Positions 10,417 through 23,384 are shown, numbered from the stretch's first letter. The stretch is 64,000 nt of DNA from Octopus bimaculoides (GCF_001194135.2 NC_069007.1:11555691-11619690), one strand, 5' to 3'. Notes: a model not told the origin generated them from the letters alone. Program-made: numbers and translations.

Positions 10417-11900
10417 TACACATGTGTGTGTGTGTGTGTGAAGAACCGTTAATCTCTACATATTTTTTTCTCTCTCCATTATTTTCCAGTCTCTCACCAT
10501 TTTTTCCTTCTTAATTCTGTTGAAGAGCAGAAGCTCAAAACGTAAAAGACTTTTCCATTCTTCCCTGCTCATTGTTCCTATACCTGTCTTTGTCTTATAT
10601 TTTTTGTAAATTTGAACTATGTATATGTATATATATATATATGTACATATGTATATGCAAATATGTATATATTACATGTATGTGTGTGTGTGTGCATATG
10701 TTTCTGTACATGTCTCATGGAGGATGACTCCACATAATCAGTTTACCAAATTTCCTTTACAAAGAATGATTCAATACCAAGTTATGGTAGAATACAGATC
10801 TAACCATGGTGTTGTACCACGATATCACACACAGACAATCATGATATCACACACAGAAGATCATGGTATTGTACAGAGATATCAGGTACAGAATCAAGAG
10901 GCTGCAGACATCTTAAACATACAGTCATGTGTTGTTGTTGTTGTTGTTCACTGTTTGATTTAGCTTTAAACATGTTATAAAATATCATTGCAACTTCACA
11001 GCAATGAGATCCCATCGCATTCCACAGTTTTATTAAGTTGCCAATCGAATTCTGACCAACCAATCAGACACCACTGGTCTCTCTATTGTCTGCCATTCCT
11101 AACCACTAACCGTTTCCTTTGGCTGATTTTCCTACAAGTTTTAAACCGTCTTATATCTAACTTCCCCCACACTTCACCAAACCAGCACGTTAAATTACTT
11201 TAGTGATTCCACAATCACTGAACTTTGCTTAAATTCAGTAAATAAAGTCCATTTTGCAACTGGTTGCTGCACAAGTGGCTTTCTTTATTTGTGTCTTGTG
11301 TCAATGGACCAAACATTACGGGATGTACACAGCAGAAAGAAGCAATGGCTACAGCTTAATCAGCTTATTGCATTATACACACACACTCGTGTTTGTGTGT
11401 GTGTGATGAATATGTGATTTTTCTCTATGTTTATGAATGCATGTTTGAGACTGTGTATGTAGATATATACATACATGCACACACATGGATATGTATGTTT
11501 TCATACCTTTATGAATGTATGTGTGGTGTGTGTATATGTATGAGAATGAATAACTTTATGTATTAGAATATATCTATGTATATATATCTATATCTGTATC
11601 ACTGTCTGTCTGTCTATCTATCACTGTATACACACACGTGCATACATGCATATATATTTATACACATATATATATATATACATATATACATACATATGTG
11701 TACTTACATGTATACACAAGCACACACACAAACATTCTCATGCATACTCATTCATACACTGTCATGAACAAATACAAATTGCCATGTACACACCACTAGT
11801 ATACAAACATAATTTACTTAGAAATGTGTGAATCCATTTAATCAACCTCTTTTGTGTAATTGGCAATATACGCGTAAGAGTATGTGGATTTATACATGCC

Positions 11901-11947
<47 letters not shown>

Positions 11948-12235
11948 NNNNNNNNNNNNNNNNNNNNNNNNNNNNNNNNNNNNNNNNNNNNNNNNNNNNN
12001 NNNNNNNNNNNNNNNNNNNNNNNNNNNNNNNNNNNNNNNNNNNNNNNNNNNNNNNNNNNNNNNNNNNNNNNNNNNNNNNNNNNNNNNNNNNNNNNNNNNN
12101 NNNNNNNNNNNNNNNNNNNNNNNNNNNNNNNNNNNNNNNNNNNNNNNNNNNNNNNNNNNNNNNNNNNNNNNNNNNNNNNNNNNNNNNNNNNNNNNNNNNN
12201 NNNNNNNNNNNNNNNNNNNNNNNNNNNNNNNNNNN

Positions 12236-12280
<45 letters not shown>

Positions 12281-12772
12281 TATTGAAGCTGAAATGCATC
12301 TTACTCCCTGAGTTTCACAACATTGAGATTGTAGATACATAAGTATATACATACGTACACATATACATATTTACATATACGTGTATACATGTATGTAAGT
12401 GTATATATCTAAATGTTGTATGCAGTTTGTGCGTTTAGTTATTTGGCCTAAAGCATTTGAAGAACTGGTCTAATGCTGTTGATAAAAATATCAACATAAA
12501 CAGAGAAAAGTAACAGGAAACACAGAGAGAATGTTTGTCACCTTCACAATACCTGCATAATTGCATTGCAACTTTGTTTTGCATTTAAATAATGTGTTTG
12601 TGTGTGTGCAACAGAAAAAGTATAACAACTACTTTGTCGATAAACAAGTAAATGTGTGTGTGTGTGTATGTATATATGTGTATATGTGTGTTCATATATA
12701 TATATATATTTATATATATATATACACATATATATGTATTATGTATGTATATATATATGTGTATATATAATG

Positions 12773-12803
<31 letters not shown>

Positions 12804-12941
12804 ACACGTACGTACATATATATATATGAAAATATGTAAGTGTATATATGCATTATATCAAAGATATTGCTAACAACCAACTTTAAAAAATATATCGTTA
12901 CACATTGTATAAACATCACTTACAGTATGTATATATGTCAC

Positions 12942-13000
<59 letters not shown>

Positions 13001-13489
13001 GTATATGTATTTATGTTTTTGATTGTTTACTTACATATATAGGTGTGTGCATGTGTGAGTACATATACATACCTATATACATTCACATATATACATACAT
13101 TCATACGTACATACACACACACCTATATATATATATGTGTGTGTCTATACACACGTATATATTATTTACTGATTAATTTGTATATCTTGTTATGTCCATT
13201 GTTGCCTACTCTAAACTTTTCCCCCCTACATGCATCCCCCCTCACCCATCCACCCTCCACCCCATCCACTCCTTCCCTGATATTCATGAATTTCACATGG
13301 AGTTCCATGATGTTGTTTGCACAGACTTTGTCAATAATGTGGTGCCTCAAATAAGCATCCATGTTACTCCACAGTTGCAGTTGGGTAATATTTAACCATC
13401 CTGATTAACATCACTGTTAGTGGTGGCGCCACCACTACCACCACCACCACCACCACCACCACCATTGTAATCATTTTCATCATCTTCAT

Positions 13490-13830
13490 TATCGTAACTG
13501 TCATCATCATTATTGTCATTCTGACTCACTCTTCATCAGTCTCAACAGAATGATCAGCACCACTCTTAGCTCCATTATCATCATCATCTTCGTCATCATC
13601 ATCATCATCACAACCCTGGTCACCATCATCATCACCATCCTCATCTGCACAATCTTGATCACCAACATCATCATCGTCGTCAACATCATCATCATCATCA
13701 TCATCAGTATCATCGCCGTCATCATCATTGTCATCATCATCATCATCAGGATCATGATTATCATTATCATCACAACCCTCATTATCTTCATCATTCTCAT
13801 CATCCTCATCATCGTCGTCGTCATCAATCT
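13490..13830. repeat. Imperfect (CAT)n microsatellite
   Basis: Visible in sequence; explains the poly-I/poly-M ORFs. Confidence 0.9.
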
Positions 13831-13984
13831 AGATCACCATTATGGCCTCATCTACCACCATGACAATCAGTCACGTTATCTTTACCATTAATCTTCACCC
13901 ACATCAGTCGAGGCACAGGTCCTGGTCATCACATTTTCAGTTCCTGAGCATGGTGATGTGTTGTTCCACTCTTTACCAACTGCC

Positions 13985-14169
13985 TCTCCAGGCAAAATGC
14001 CTAGTGGCATTTTGCCTGTTGCTACATTCTAAGTTCAAATTCCACCGAGGTCAGCTTTGCTTTTCATCCTTTCAGGGTTGACAAATTAAGTACCAGTTTG
14101 ACACTGGGGTCAATGTAATCCACACATCCCCTCCCCCAAAATGGCTACCCATGTGGCAAAATTTGAAAC

Positions 14170-14212
<43 letters not shown>
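13985..14212 (+). mobile_element. SINE family S2 with (ATT)n tail
   Basis: Core gttcaaattccaccgaggtc..ctttcatcctttc..aaattaagtaccagt is shared by many copies in the window. The central segment recalls the MetaSINE domain (not verified). Confidence 0.8.
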
Positions 14213-14214
<2 letters not shown>

Positions 14215-14910
14215 AGGCATCACGCAGTATCCAATATCATGATGTTGTTGATTGAAGACATTGTGTCTTCTGGGGGTTTGTACTGTCAAGTCACAAGGAC
14301 CTCAGACAGTACTTTATGCAGTATGTGTGCCACTTCAAGTAAAGTCGATTTTTGTAGTACACCTAGATTGTAGGGTATGTCAAAAGTTTCCAGAGATGTT
14401 TCTTCACATTGGGTGGCGTTGAGCTCAATGCTCTGATAACAACAGGGACAGCCTTTATGTTTGACTCACATAGCTGCCACATCTTGGCAATCGCAATTCT
14501 CAGGTCTCTATATTTATTAATCTTCTCTCTTTCTTTCATGATATTTTGCTCTCCTGGCATTGCCACATCGATTATTAGGTACTCTTGTTTGTCCCTCCTA
14601 AAGGTTACAATATCCAGCCCTTCAGTGCTCTAATACCTTGTCTGTCTGGAAGTCAAAATCCCAGAGGATTTTTAACCTTCCCATTTTCATCCATTACCTT
14701 TTCCGGTGTATGTTGGTACCAAGCACCTGTTACCTCATACCCATATTTCCGGTATAGTAACCAGTGAAGCTTTTGGGCTAATTTGTCATGTCTGTGCTTG
14801 TACTCTTTCTGCGCAAGACTTTCACAAACACTAATAACGTGAGTCATGCTTTCAACCCTTTTCCCACAGGAGGAAGAGGATGGCGAATAACAGGCTTTAA
14901 TGGTAGATCA
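14213..14910 (-). mobile_element. 5'-truncated R4/Dong-clade non-LTR retrotransposon (CCHC plus restriction-like endonuclease), abutting (TAA)n
   Basis: CGKRVESMTHVISVCESLAQKEYKHRHDKLAQKLHW..WYQHTPEKV..MPGEQNIMKEREKINKYRDLRIAIAKMW..VPVVI. RHD and KxxKYxxL motifs of RLE elements; frameshifted. Confidence 0.85.
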
Positions 14911-15369
14911 CAACATTTGTTCCTACAGTGCACATCAGCTTTCAGTTGCTAAATTTATATTCAAATACCATTCTAGAAAATCATTCTTTATAATTATTAT
15001 ACAGTTTGAATATTTTTCAGCAACAGCCATGTGTAGGTGATTCATTGAGTGGAATACGATTAATTGCTGTTTGATCATTCCAAAAGGAATTAATTATAAT
15101 ATATGAATGTAAACTCAGTAACTCAAAACTGCAGTACAGTGCAGAAACAAATGTTATGATCTACAATTAAAGACTGATATTCCTATATATACATATATTT
15201 ATACACACACGCATAAAGGCACGCACGCACACGCACACACACACACACACACGTTCACATATACGTACATACACACTCACACAGCACACACACACACTAA
15301 CTCTCACGCACACACACACATAAGACTATATTTATGTATATATAGATATACACATGTATACATATGGTG

Positions 15370-15517
15370 TGATTATGTTCCTCTAACTTAGTGGTTCAGC
15401 AAAAGAGACCAATAGAATAAGTACTAGGCTTACAAACAATAAGTCCTGGGGTAGATTTGTTCGACTAAAGGCGATGCTCCAGCATTGTCACGTCCAAATG
15501 ACTGAAACAAAAGAATA
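15370..15517 (+). mobile_element. SINE family S1, 3' part
   Basis: Homologous to 9745-9879. Confidence 0.75.
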
Positions 15518-17049
15518 AACTTAGTAACTGAAAACTACAGTACAGTGCAGATACAAATGTTGTAATCTACTATTAAAGACTGATATATNNNNNNNNNNNN
15601 NNNNNNNNNNNNNNNNNNNNNNNNNNNNNNNNNNNNNNNNNNNNNNNNNNNNNNNNNNNNNNNNNNNNNNNNNNNNNNNNNNNNNNNNNNNNNNNNNNNN
15701 NNNNNNNNNNNNNNNNNNNNNNNNNNNNNNNNNNNNNNNNNNNNNNNNNNNNNNNNNNNNNNNNNNNNNNNNNNNNNNNNNNNNNNNNNNNNNNNNNNNN
15801 NNNNNNNNNNNNNNNNNNNNNNNNNNNNNNNNNNNNNNNNNNNNNNNNNNNNNNNNNNNNNNNNNNNNNNNNNNNNNNNNNNNNNNNNNNNNNNNNNNNN
15901 NNNNNNNNNNNNNNNNNNNNNNNNNNNNNNNNNNNNNNNNNNNNNNNNNNNNNNNNNNNNNNNNNNNNNNNNNNNNNNNNNNNNNNNNNNNNNNNNNNNN
16001 NNNNNNNNNNNNNNNNNNNNNNNNNNNNNNNNNNNNNNNNNNNNNNNNNNNNNNNNNNNNNNNNNNNNTGGGGGTTGGTTAGCCTCTGTTTTCAGACAAA
16101 GAAGGGAAAACATTCATTTCTGAAATGTGATCAACGTATCAGACAATTATCAGGTGATTAAATTTGATTTTATAGCCTGTCACATGACCAACATTATGAT
16201 GGTGATGGTGATGATGGTTCATGGGAGATGGTGTGGGGCGGTAGTGGCCGAATTTACATTGAACCGATTGTATATGCGGTTAACATAAGGGAACGATGGC
16301 CACGTGTAGTGTGGGGGGAGAGAGAGAGGTAGAGAGAATGACAGAGAGAGAGAGAAAGAGAATGACAGAGAGAGAGAGGGGTAGAGAGAATGACAGAGAG
16401 AGAGATGTGGAGAGAACGGAAAGTGAAGAGTTTGAATTTTACGTCTGACTGAAATAAACTCATTTTCTCACTAATCAAAATATTTAAAATCTGTCAATCG
16501 GTACCTTCCACTTACCACCCCCACAAAAACAAACACACACAAACTGTTATCTTACAACTATCGACAAGTGATATATTAAAGTCTCTTAAATGTTTGTAAT
16601 ATCCATTGAGACAATTTAATTTGCACGGAACTGAAAAATTTTACCTGGAGTGCACAATGGTTATCTTCATTGTCATCACCATCATCATTATTGTGGTCAT
16701 CATCACCATCATCATTATCACCATCATAATTATTATCTGCATTTTTATCACCACCACCATCATTCTTCTCACTCATATGTTTATCGTCTTCATCTCCAGT
16801 CTACTGGTATTTTCATCTCCGGTCTGCCAGTCTTTCCTTCATCAAATGCAATTTCCTTCAACATTAATCCTAAATCTCTCTTATCTTGTTTCAGTATCCA
16901 ATGGAAGTGATCATCAACATTTTCTTTCATATATACACACACACATGCACACACACACAGAGATATATATATGTATGTTATTTAATATTTTGCTTAGGTA
17001 TAGCAATGCTAATAACCTGCTGTTTGAATTTTAGAATAATATATTTAGA

Positions 17050-17130
17050 GGCTCTGAAGAAGCTAAAATGTGATGCACAAGAACTCATCTGTGGGTGCAT
17101 TGCACCTTATAGCAGAAACAGTAGTAAGCT
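17050..17130 (+). ncRNA. Type I hammerhead ribozyme motif (family B)
   Basis: ggct-CTGAAGA(17054-60)-agcta..tagca-GAAA(17115-18)-c-agta-g-TA-agct. Stem I ggct/agct; stem II gcta/tagc plus a 10-bp tgtgatgcac/gtgcattgca helix; A.A at 10.1/11.1. Confidence 0.6.
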
Positions 17131-17231
17131 AATGAAGTTGATTAAGTAATTTCTGTTCACTTCCTATTTCTTTAATTTTGTATACATATGTGTATGTGTT
17201 TGTGTATGATGTGTGTGTTTTTATTTGTATG

Positions 17232-17264
<33 letters not shown>

Positions 17265-17815
17265 ATGGAGAGAGAGAGAGAGATAGAGCAAATGGCTATG
17301 GTCAGGTTGGCTGTGAAGTTGTGGGTATTTCCAGAATAACACCTGCATTTAACTCCATTTCTTAATGTATCTATATGATACAAACACATTTCACTAAACC
17401 CTGGAACTTCTACCTTTATAAGTAGGCTGTAACATCCTTGGCACTTAGGTGAATTTTTGCTACCCTGGTATATATCTGCATATGTTAGTGCACACATGCT
17501 AGTAATTTAATTAGAGAGGGGACAGAGTAATTCAAAAATACATAAAATTATACAGTTAAGGTTAAATTAAATGAAAAAAACAAAAGTATGTGCGATACTC
17601 AGATATCTATCCATATACGCATATACCTATACGCACATACATACACATATACATACACACAGATATACACCCTAAGACAGGTATATACATATATCTATAC
17701 ATATGTACACACACATACACATCTACACCACCATACACCTATATATATATGTGTGTGTGTATATATATATATATAGGTATATATATCTACTTGCATATAT
17801 GCACACATGCACACA

Positions 17816-18040
17816 CAGTAATCCGTCAACTATCGCAGGTATTACGTTCCACTCCCCCTCCCCGTGATAGGTAAAAATCCGTGAAGTAGAAACAGTACTG
17901 TACTGTATATTTTTTTTATTATCTTTATAATTTGTGTATATTCATTTTATTATAAATGCAAAACAATGCCACGGAAGAATCAACGTAAGCTTAAATGATA
18001 GACTGTGATAGGTGAACTGCAATATGGCGAGAGATTACTG
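17816..18040. mobile_element. Tigger/pogo-like MITE
   Basis: Termini cagtaatccgtcaactatcgc / gcaatatggcgagagattactg followed by TA. Confidence 0.7.
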
Positions 18041-18054
18041 TATGTGTGTGTGTG

Positions 18055-18300
18055 TCATCATCATCATCATCGTTTAACGTCCACTTTCCATGCTAGCATG
18101 GGTTGGACAATTTGACTGAGGACTGGTGAACCAGATGGCTACACCAGGCACCAATCTGATTTGGCAGAGTTTCTACAACTGGATGCCCTTCCTAATGCCA
18201 ACCACTCCGAGAGTGTAGTGGGTGCTTCTACATGCCACCGCCACGGAGGCCAGTCAGGTGTTACTGGCAACGGTCATGCTCAAAATGGTGTCTTTTACAT
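18055..18300 (-). mobile_element. SINE family S3 ((GAT)n tail; ggcattaggaagggcatccag core)
   Basis: Homologous copies at 33465, 46780, 50090 and 62830. Confidence 0.8.
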
Positions 18301-18899
18301 GCTATGCATACACATATGGACACCCACATATACTATCTTGTTTTTCTTCTTTCTTTCCTTTTCCTTCCTCTGATTCTTCTTCTTCTTCCCCTCCTCCTAC
18401 TTGACTTTCATCTTCTCTTATTCATTTTCCTCCCCTCCTTCCCTTTCTCCCTCCTACTATTATACGTATCCACCCTCTTGATTCTACCCACCTACCCGCA
18501 TAATATCTTCTCCACAGACACATCCCGCATATACACTTTTAATTTGTTCTTTTTTTTATTTCCACTTAGTATTTTCCTAACAACGGCGTCTGAAAAGACA
18601 CAATACAATAGCATGCCATTGATGCTAGTCTGAGAAGGTGCCTCTCCAATGCCTAAAACTGCAAATATTGCACAACATTTCTTCTAGAATTTTTGCGTAG
18701 ACTGGCGTTGGTACAGGAACATTTATAACTTATAATTAAAGAGGTGTTAAAGAATTGTCTTTATTTTCTCATTGGATTATATATACACACACACATACAT
18801 ACATATATATAATGTATTGGTCCGTGGTATAATTCAACAAAGAGAGCATGCCATATGGTGAGAGTCAAAGTTCATAGTTCAGCATGAAGAGGGGTCTGA

Positions 18900-18948
18900 G
18901 CCTGAAAAAATGTGTTTGGATTTTCAGACACGTGAAACTATTAGTAGC
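18900..18948 (+). ncRNA. Degenerate type I hammerhead motif (family C)
   Basis: gc-CTGAAAA(G8>A)-a-[atgtgtttg/cagacacgt 9-bp stem]-GAAA-cta t tag-TA-gc. Confidence 0.4.
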
Positions 18949-19004
18949 AACCAAAGTTATGTATTGTGATCCTTAAACAGAAATATATACATACATGCTG
19001 AGAC

Positions 19005-19293
19005 CCCCTTCGGTCATGACTGACCATTGGATTGCACCTAGAAAGTTACCCTCTCAGGCACAAGTCCGGGCAAGGTTGTTTATAGAACCGACCTCCCATC
19101 TCCCCGCCACCAGTGTTATCTAAGGGAAAGGCAAAGGCTGAAACAGCTTGGCACCTGTGACATCACAACTCATTTCTACAGCTGAGTCAACTGAAGCAAC
19201 GTGAAATAAAGTGTCTTGCTCAAGAACTCAACATGCAGCCCAGTCTGGGATTCAAACTCACAATCGTAAGCTCGACGCTCTAACCACTTAGCC

Positions 19294-19295
<2 letters not shown>
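19005..19295 (-). mobile_element. SINE family S4 (tRNA head plus CORE-like segment)
   Basis: Reverse complement of 24290-24530 (caagacactttattccac..cagctgtagaaatgag). Confidence 0.7.
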
Positions 19296-19329
<34 letters not shown>

Positions 19330-19510
19330 TTTTAAAATTTGGGTACAGAGCCATCAGCTTTTGAAGGGAGGGGGTTACTTAATGATATCGATCCCAGTGC
19401 TCAACAGGTATATATTTTATTGAGCCTGAAAGGTAAACAAAGTCGACCTTGGTGGAATTTGAACTCAGAGCATAAGGATGGACAAAATGTCACTATGCCT
19501 GGCATGTTAA
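19330..19510 (-). mobile_element. SINE family S2
   Basis: Reverse-complement S2 core; flanked by (AAT)n. Confidence 0.7.
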
Positions 19511-20299
19511 TGGTTCCACCAATTTGCTACCATAGTAACAATAATAATAATAATAGTAATAATGATCATGATAATAATGATAATGATGATGGTGATAATA
19601 ATAATAATAATAATTATAATAATAATAATAATAATAACAACAGTAGTAGTAAATGAAAGACTTTATGAAATACTTTTACCTTCTCCTCCAAGTCGACAAT
19701 TTTTAATATCCTGATTAATCTGAATATTTTTCCAATAAGCAAAATTAATTTAGAAATCTTATTAACAAAATTAATTTTACTTTCTCATCTTTTTGTTTTC
19801 TTTTTCTATTTATTTTTCTTTCTGTTTTTTTTTTCTTTTTGCAGAGGGAGGGAGAATGGGATGTAAATTTTAATTTTTATATATTTTTTTTATTTTTCTA
19901 TTTTTGATATATTTTCTTTGCTCGGTCACCAAGTTTTGAGCCGATAATCACATATTAACTAACACAATGTATGGCTGTCTGATAACGAACTTTGGTTAAC
20001 GCAATCTGTTATATGCTTGCTGAAGTCATCGCTACCGCCACCTTCATAATAATCATTATCATCATCTACATCATTATCATCATCATCATCACCATTGTCT
20101 TCATGCTCATCTTCATTGTCATCATCATCATCACCACCACCACATTAATCACTACATCTTTATTGCTGCTCTTATCGTTTTTCCTCTCTCTCTCTCACCC
20201 CTCCCCCTTCTCAGCCCTCCACGTTTTCCTCCTCCTCCTCCCCCTTCCTCATTATCATCATCATCATCACTACCACCACCAGCATTGTAATAGTACGTG

Positions 20300-20500
20300 T
20301 TTCAAATTTCGGCACAAGGCCAGCAATTTCAGAGCAGGTGGTGGGGTAAGTCAATTACATCAACCCCAGTATTCAACTGGTACTTACCTTATTGATCCCA
20401 AAAGGACGAAAGGTAAAGTCAACCTCAGCAGAATTTGAACTCTGGACAAAATTCCACCAAGAATTTCATCCGGCAAGCTAATGGTTCTCCCAACTTGTCA
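20300..20500 (-). mobile_element. SINE family S2
   Basis: Reverse-complement S2 core. Confidence 0.7.
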
Positions 20501-20694
20501 CCCTCGCTGCCATAATAATAATAGTTTAGAATTTTGGTACAAGGCCAGTTAATTCGGTGGTGGTGAGGGGATAAGTCAATTACATTGACCCCAGTGTCCA
20601 GCTGGTACCTCTTCCACTACCTCTGCACTCATCACTTCATTTTTCTTTCATTTATTTTGTGTTCGGTCTGCATTTGGTTTGATAGGTTTTACAG

Positions 20695-20815
20695 CATACA
20701 CCACCACCACTACAACCACAGCTAACACCACCAACACCATCATAACCACCACCACCAATACCACCACCAATACCACTCTTGAAGAATGTACCCAATGGGA
20801 TGTGAATGTATGCAG
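20695..20815 (+). CDS. Candidate Thr-rich exon (A)YTTTTTTTANTT..TLEECTQWDVNVC
   Basis: Acceptor ggttttacag, donor cag|gtgtgt, phase 1 to 2, compatible with 21891. Largely (ACC)n-like, so it may be a microsatellite. Confidence 0.25.
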
Positions 20816-21890
20816 GTGTGTGTGAGAGAGAGACTATATGCATGTGTACGCATCATTGTGTGTGTGTGTGTTTGATTATCACATTTAAATGAGGATGTTG
20901 ACAATGATGAAAACAACAAGAGCGTTGAAAATAGCAACAGGAATGATGATGATGATGATGATGATGATGATGGCAATGACAACCTCTATTATGGCGATGA
21001 CAATGAAATGATGAAATGATGACAACAGCAACAACAACAACAACGATGATGATCATCATCATGATGATGCCAACAGGTGGAGATGAGGGTGATGGTGGTG
21101 GTGCACAGGAAGAAGAGGAGGAGGAGAAGGCAGAAGGGGATTAGGATGAAGATAATGATGAAGACGAACCAGTTAAATTAACTTTTCAAAGCCAGAAGCC
21201 TCTAAAAATTAATTTAACAGTTTCACTTGTAGGTTTACATTTGGTTGTATATTGGTGGGGGGGGGGGTTCAGAAATAGGGGAGGGAACCCCTGCAGGGTG
21301 TTGGAATATTTTTCTGTCTACATTTCTTGTATTTTCATAACAATTCCCCCTCTACTCTTTTATTCCATTTCTGTTCTGTTGTTCTGTTATTCTTGTTCCT
21401 TAATTCCTTCATTCGTTTTTCATTTGTCCTTTCAGTCTTTTATGTTTAACCTTTATCTTTTCATATATTCTTTTATTTATTTTTCTTTAGCCTTTCATCT
21501 CAGCAGTGAATTGGCTGAGTGGTTAGAGTATGGGACCAAATGCCTTGTGGCGTTTGTTTTGGTTCTCTACACTCTATGTTCAAATCCAGCTGAGGTCACA
21601 TTTTCTTTTCTTCCATTCTGGGTTAATATAGAATAACAGCCTGAAATGGTTGAATGGTAGAATTCATGGAGTAGTGGATAAGGTGCTTTGCTATGCTTTT
21701 TCCAGCAGATGTTTCTAACCTAAGATCAAACCCCACCAGGATCAACTTTGCATTTCATCCCTTTATTTGTGTTGGGGATAGAGACCTTAAAACAAATTCT
21801 CAAAAGATGGAATGGTGAATTGGTAGAATAGATAGAATTTTGGGTGGAGAGGTCTTACAGTGAGTTTAAATCCTGTGTAAATATTCACAG

Positions 21891-21974
21891 CCAGCCTAAT
21901 CTCACGCCATTGATTGCTACTGCAACAACGGTGACAACCACACTGACAACACTATCTCGCGATACCTTCTTTCT
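21891..21974 (+). CDS. Candidate exon QPNLTPLIATATTVTTTLTTLSRDTFF
   Basis: Acceptor tattcacag, strong donor ct|gtaagt, 84 nt, phase 2 to 2, only one open frame. Confidence 0.3.
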
Positions 21975-22119
21975 GTAAGTCCCATTTTGGTTGGTCCATC
22001 AATTATACCATACTAACTGGTGCAAAATCTGTTCCCTCCCAACTTTAAACCCAAAATATTTTAATTTAAAACTCAACTCTTGAATAGTAATTAATCTGTT
22101 TCATAATAATTTTGCTCAT

Positions 22120-22355
22120 TTAACCCATTCATTACCAACCTGGCTGAAGCCCCCCCCCCCTCTGGCTCTGTAGTACAAATGTCTTGTTTCCAAAAGTTCT
22201 GAATTAAAATCTTCCACCAAACCTTAGTCACAATTTATGTTCCTAAGACTAGCTTAATGATAACTAAGTTATTTTACTAAATTCTTTGTTACATTTAAAA
22301 TTAACTGAAAGAAACACAGAGCATCTCAAAATAAATACAGTAACGAAAGGGTTAA
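22120..22355. mobile_element. piggyBac-like MITE (second family)
   Basis: TTAA-cccattcattac ... gtaacgaaaggg-TTAA inverted termini. Confidence 0.7.
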
Positions 22356-22359
22356 GTGG

Positions 22360-22555
22360 TGACCAAGCAGAATCATTAGCATGCTGGGCAAAATGCTTAG
22401 CGGCATTTCATCTATCTTCACGTTCTGAGTTCAAATTCCACCGAGGTCAACTTTGCCTTTCATCCTTTTGAGGTCAGTAAAATGGGTACCGGGTATCACA
22501 GGGGTCAATGTAATTGACTCACTCCTTCCCTTAAAACTGCAGGCTTTGTACCAAA
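22360..22555 (+). mobile_element. SINE family S2
   Basis: S2 head and core. Confidence 0.75.
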
Positions 22556-23384
22556 ATCTATATTTTACTCATTCATTTTTCTTCCTTCTCATCTCATTCC
22601 TTTCCTTTTATTTTTCCATAGAATTTCACTTACTTCTTTATTCACTTTTGTCTGTTCTGTTTATTCTTTCTCATCTATTCCTTTATTCTTTCATCTTTTT
22701 TTCATTCTTTGCCTTCTATTCTGTAATTCCTCACTTTGCCCCTTTTTTTCATTCTACCATTTCACTTTTATCTTTCTTTGGCCTCATTTATTAAATGCCA
22801 CCATTTATGTGTGTGTGTGTCTGTTTGTGTATGTGTGTGTGTGTGTGTGTGTGTAGGTTTGATGTTACAAGAGAAAAAGAACTCTATGTGAAATTGCAGC
22901 ACGTGTGTGTGTGTGTGTGTGTGTGTATCTTTCTAATTTAACTGTAACACTATGTACCAAATGCTCATTTCGATAATGTAGTTTTACAGCTGCACACACA
23001 CTTGCACGCACACACACACACACACACACACATACACACTCACTCTATGTTCACTTTCAAAGTTCATTTGACATTTTTTTCCATTCTTGAATCTCAAAAA
23101 CCAATTTTATTTTTTCCCTATAGAAGACATGGGGATCTGTCTTCATCACCAAAAGTTTGAAATTGGATCTGCTATTTATTGATCAATTATTTATTTATTA
23201 TTATTATTAGTTTTTCTTTTTGTTATTTTTCTTCATCATCTACCATTCTAGATATCCCCTGTACTCCTGTTTTTTAGTCACTTTCTATGTCTTCCCATCC
23301 AAATATCAGCAACCACTGCATTGTGTATGCTCTTATATACAAGCATCTATGTGTGTGTGTGTACAAGTATCTATCTGTCTGTCT

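Noticed and set aside
10930-11060. IKLWNAMGSHCCEV..NMFKAK resembling a CR1 3' end
   Set aside because: The match is too short and degenerate to support a call.
11828-12352. Long ORFs (150 aa and similar ones at 15535, 55213, 60191, 62932-63958)
   Set aside because: They are open only because they run through N gaps and (TA)n/(CT)n tracts.
12430-12475. Possible minus-strand terminal exon ALDQFFKCFRPNN*
   Set aside because: It rests on a single acceptor-like site, has no homology, and conflicts with a further downstream candidate exon.
13516-13891. Poly-Ile/Met/His/Asn ORFs (also 16606, 19992, 36233, 36942, 43766, 52872)
   Set aside because: They are translations of (CAT)n/(ATT)n/(GGT)n microsatellites, with no splice or homology support.
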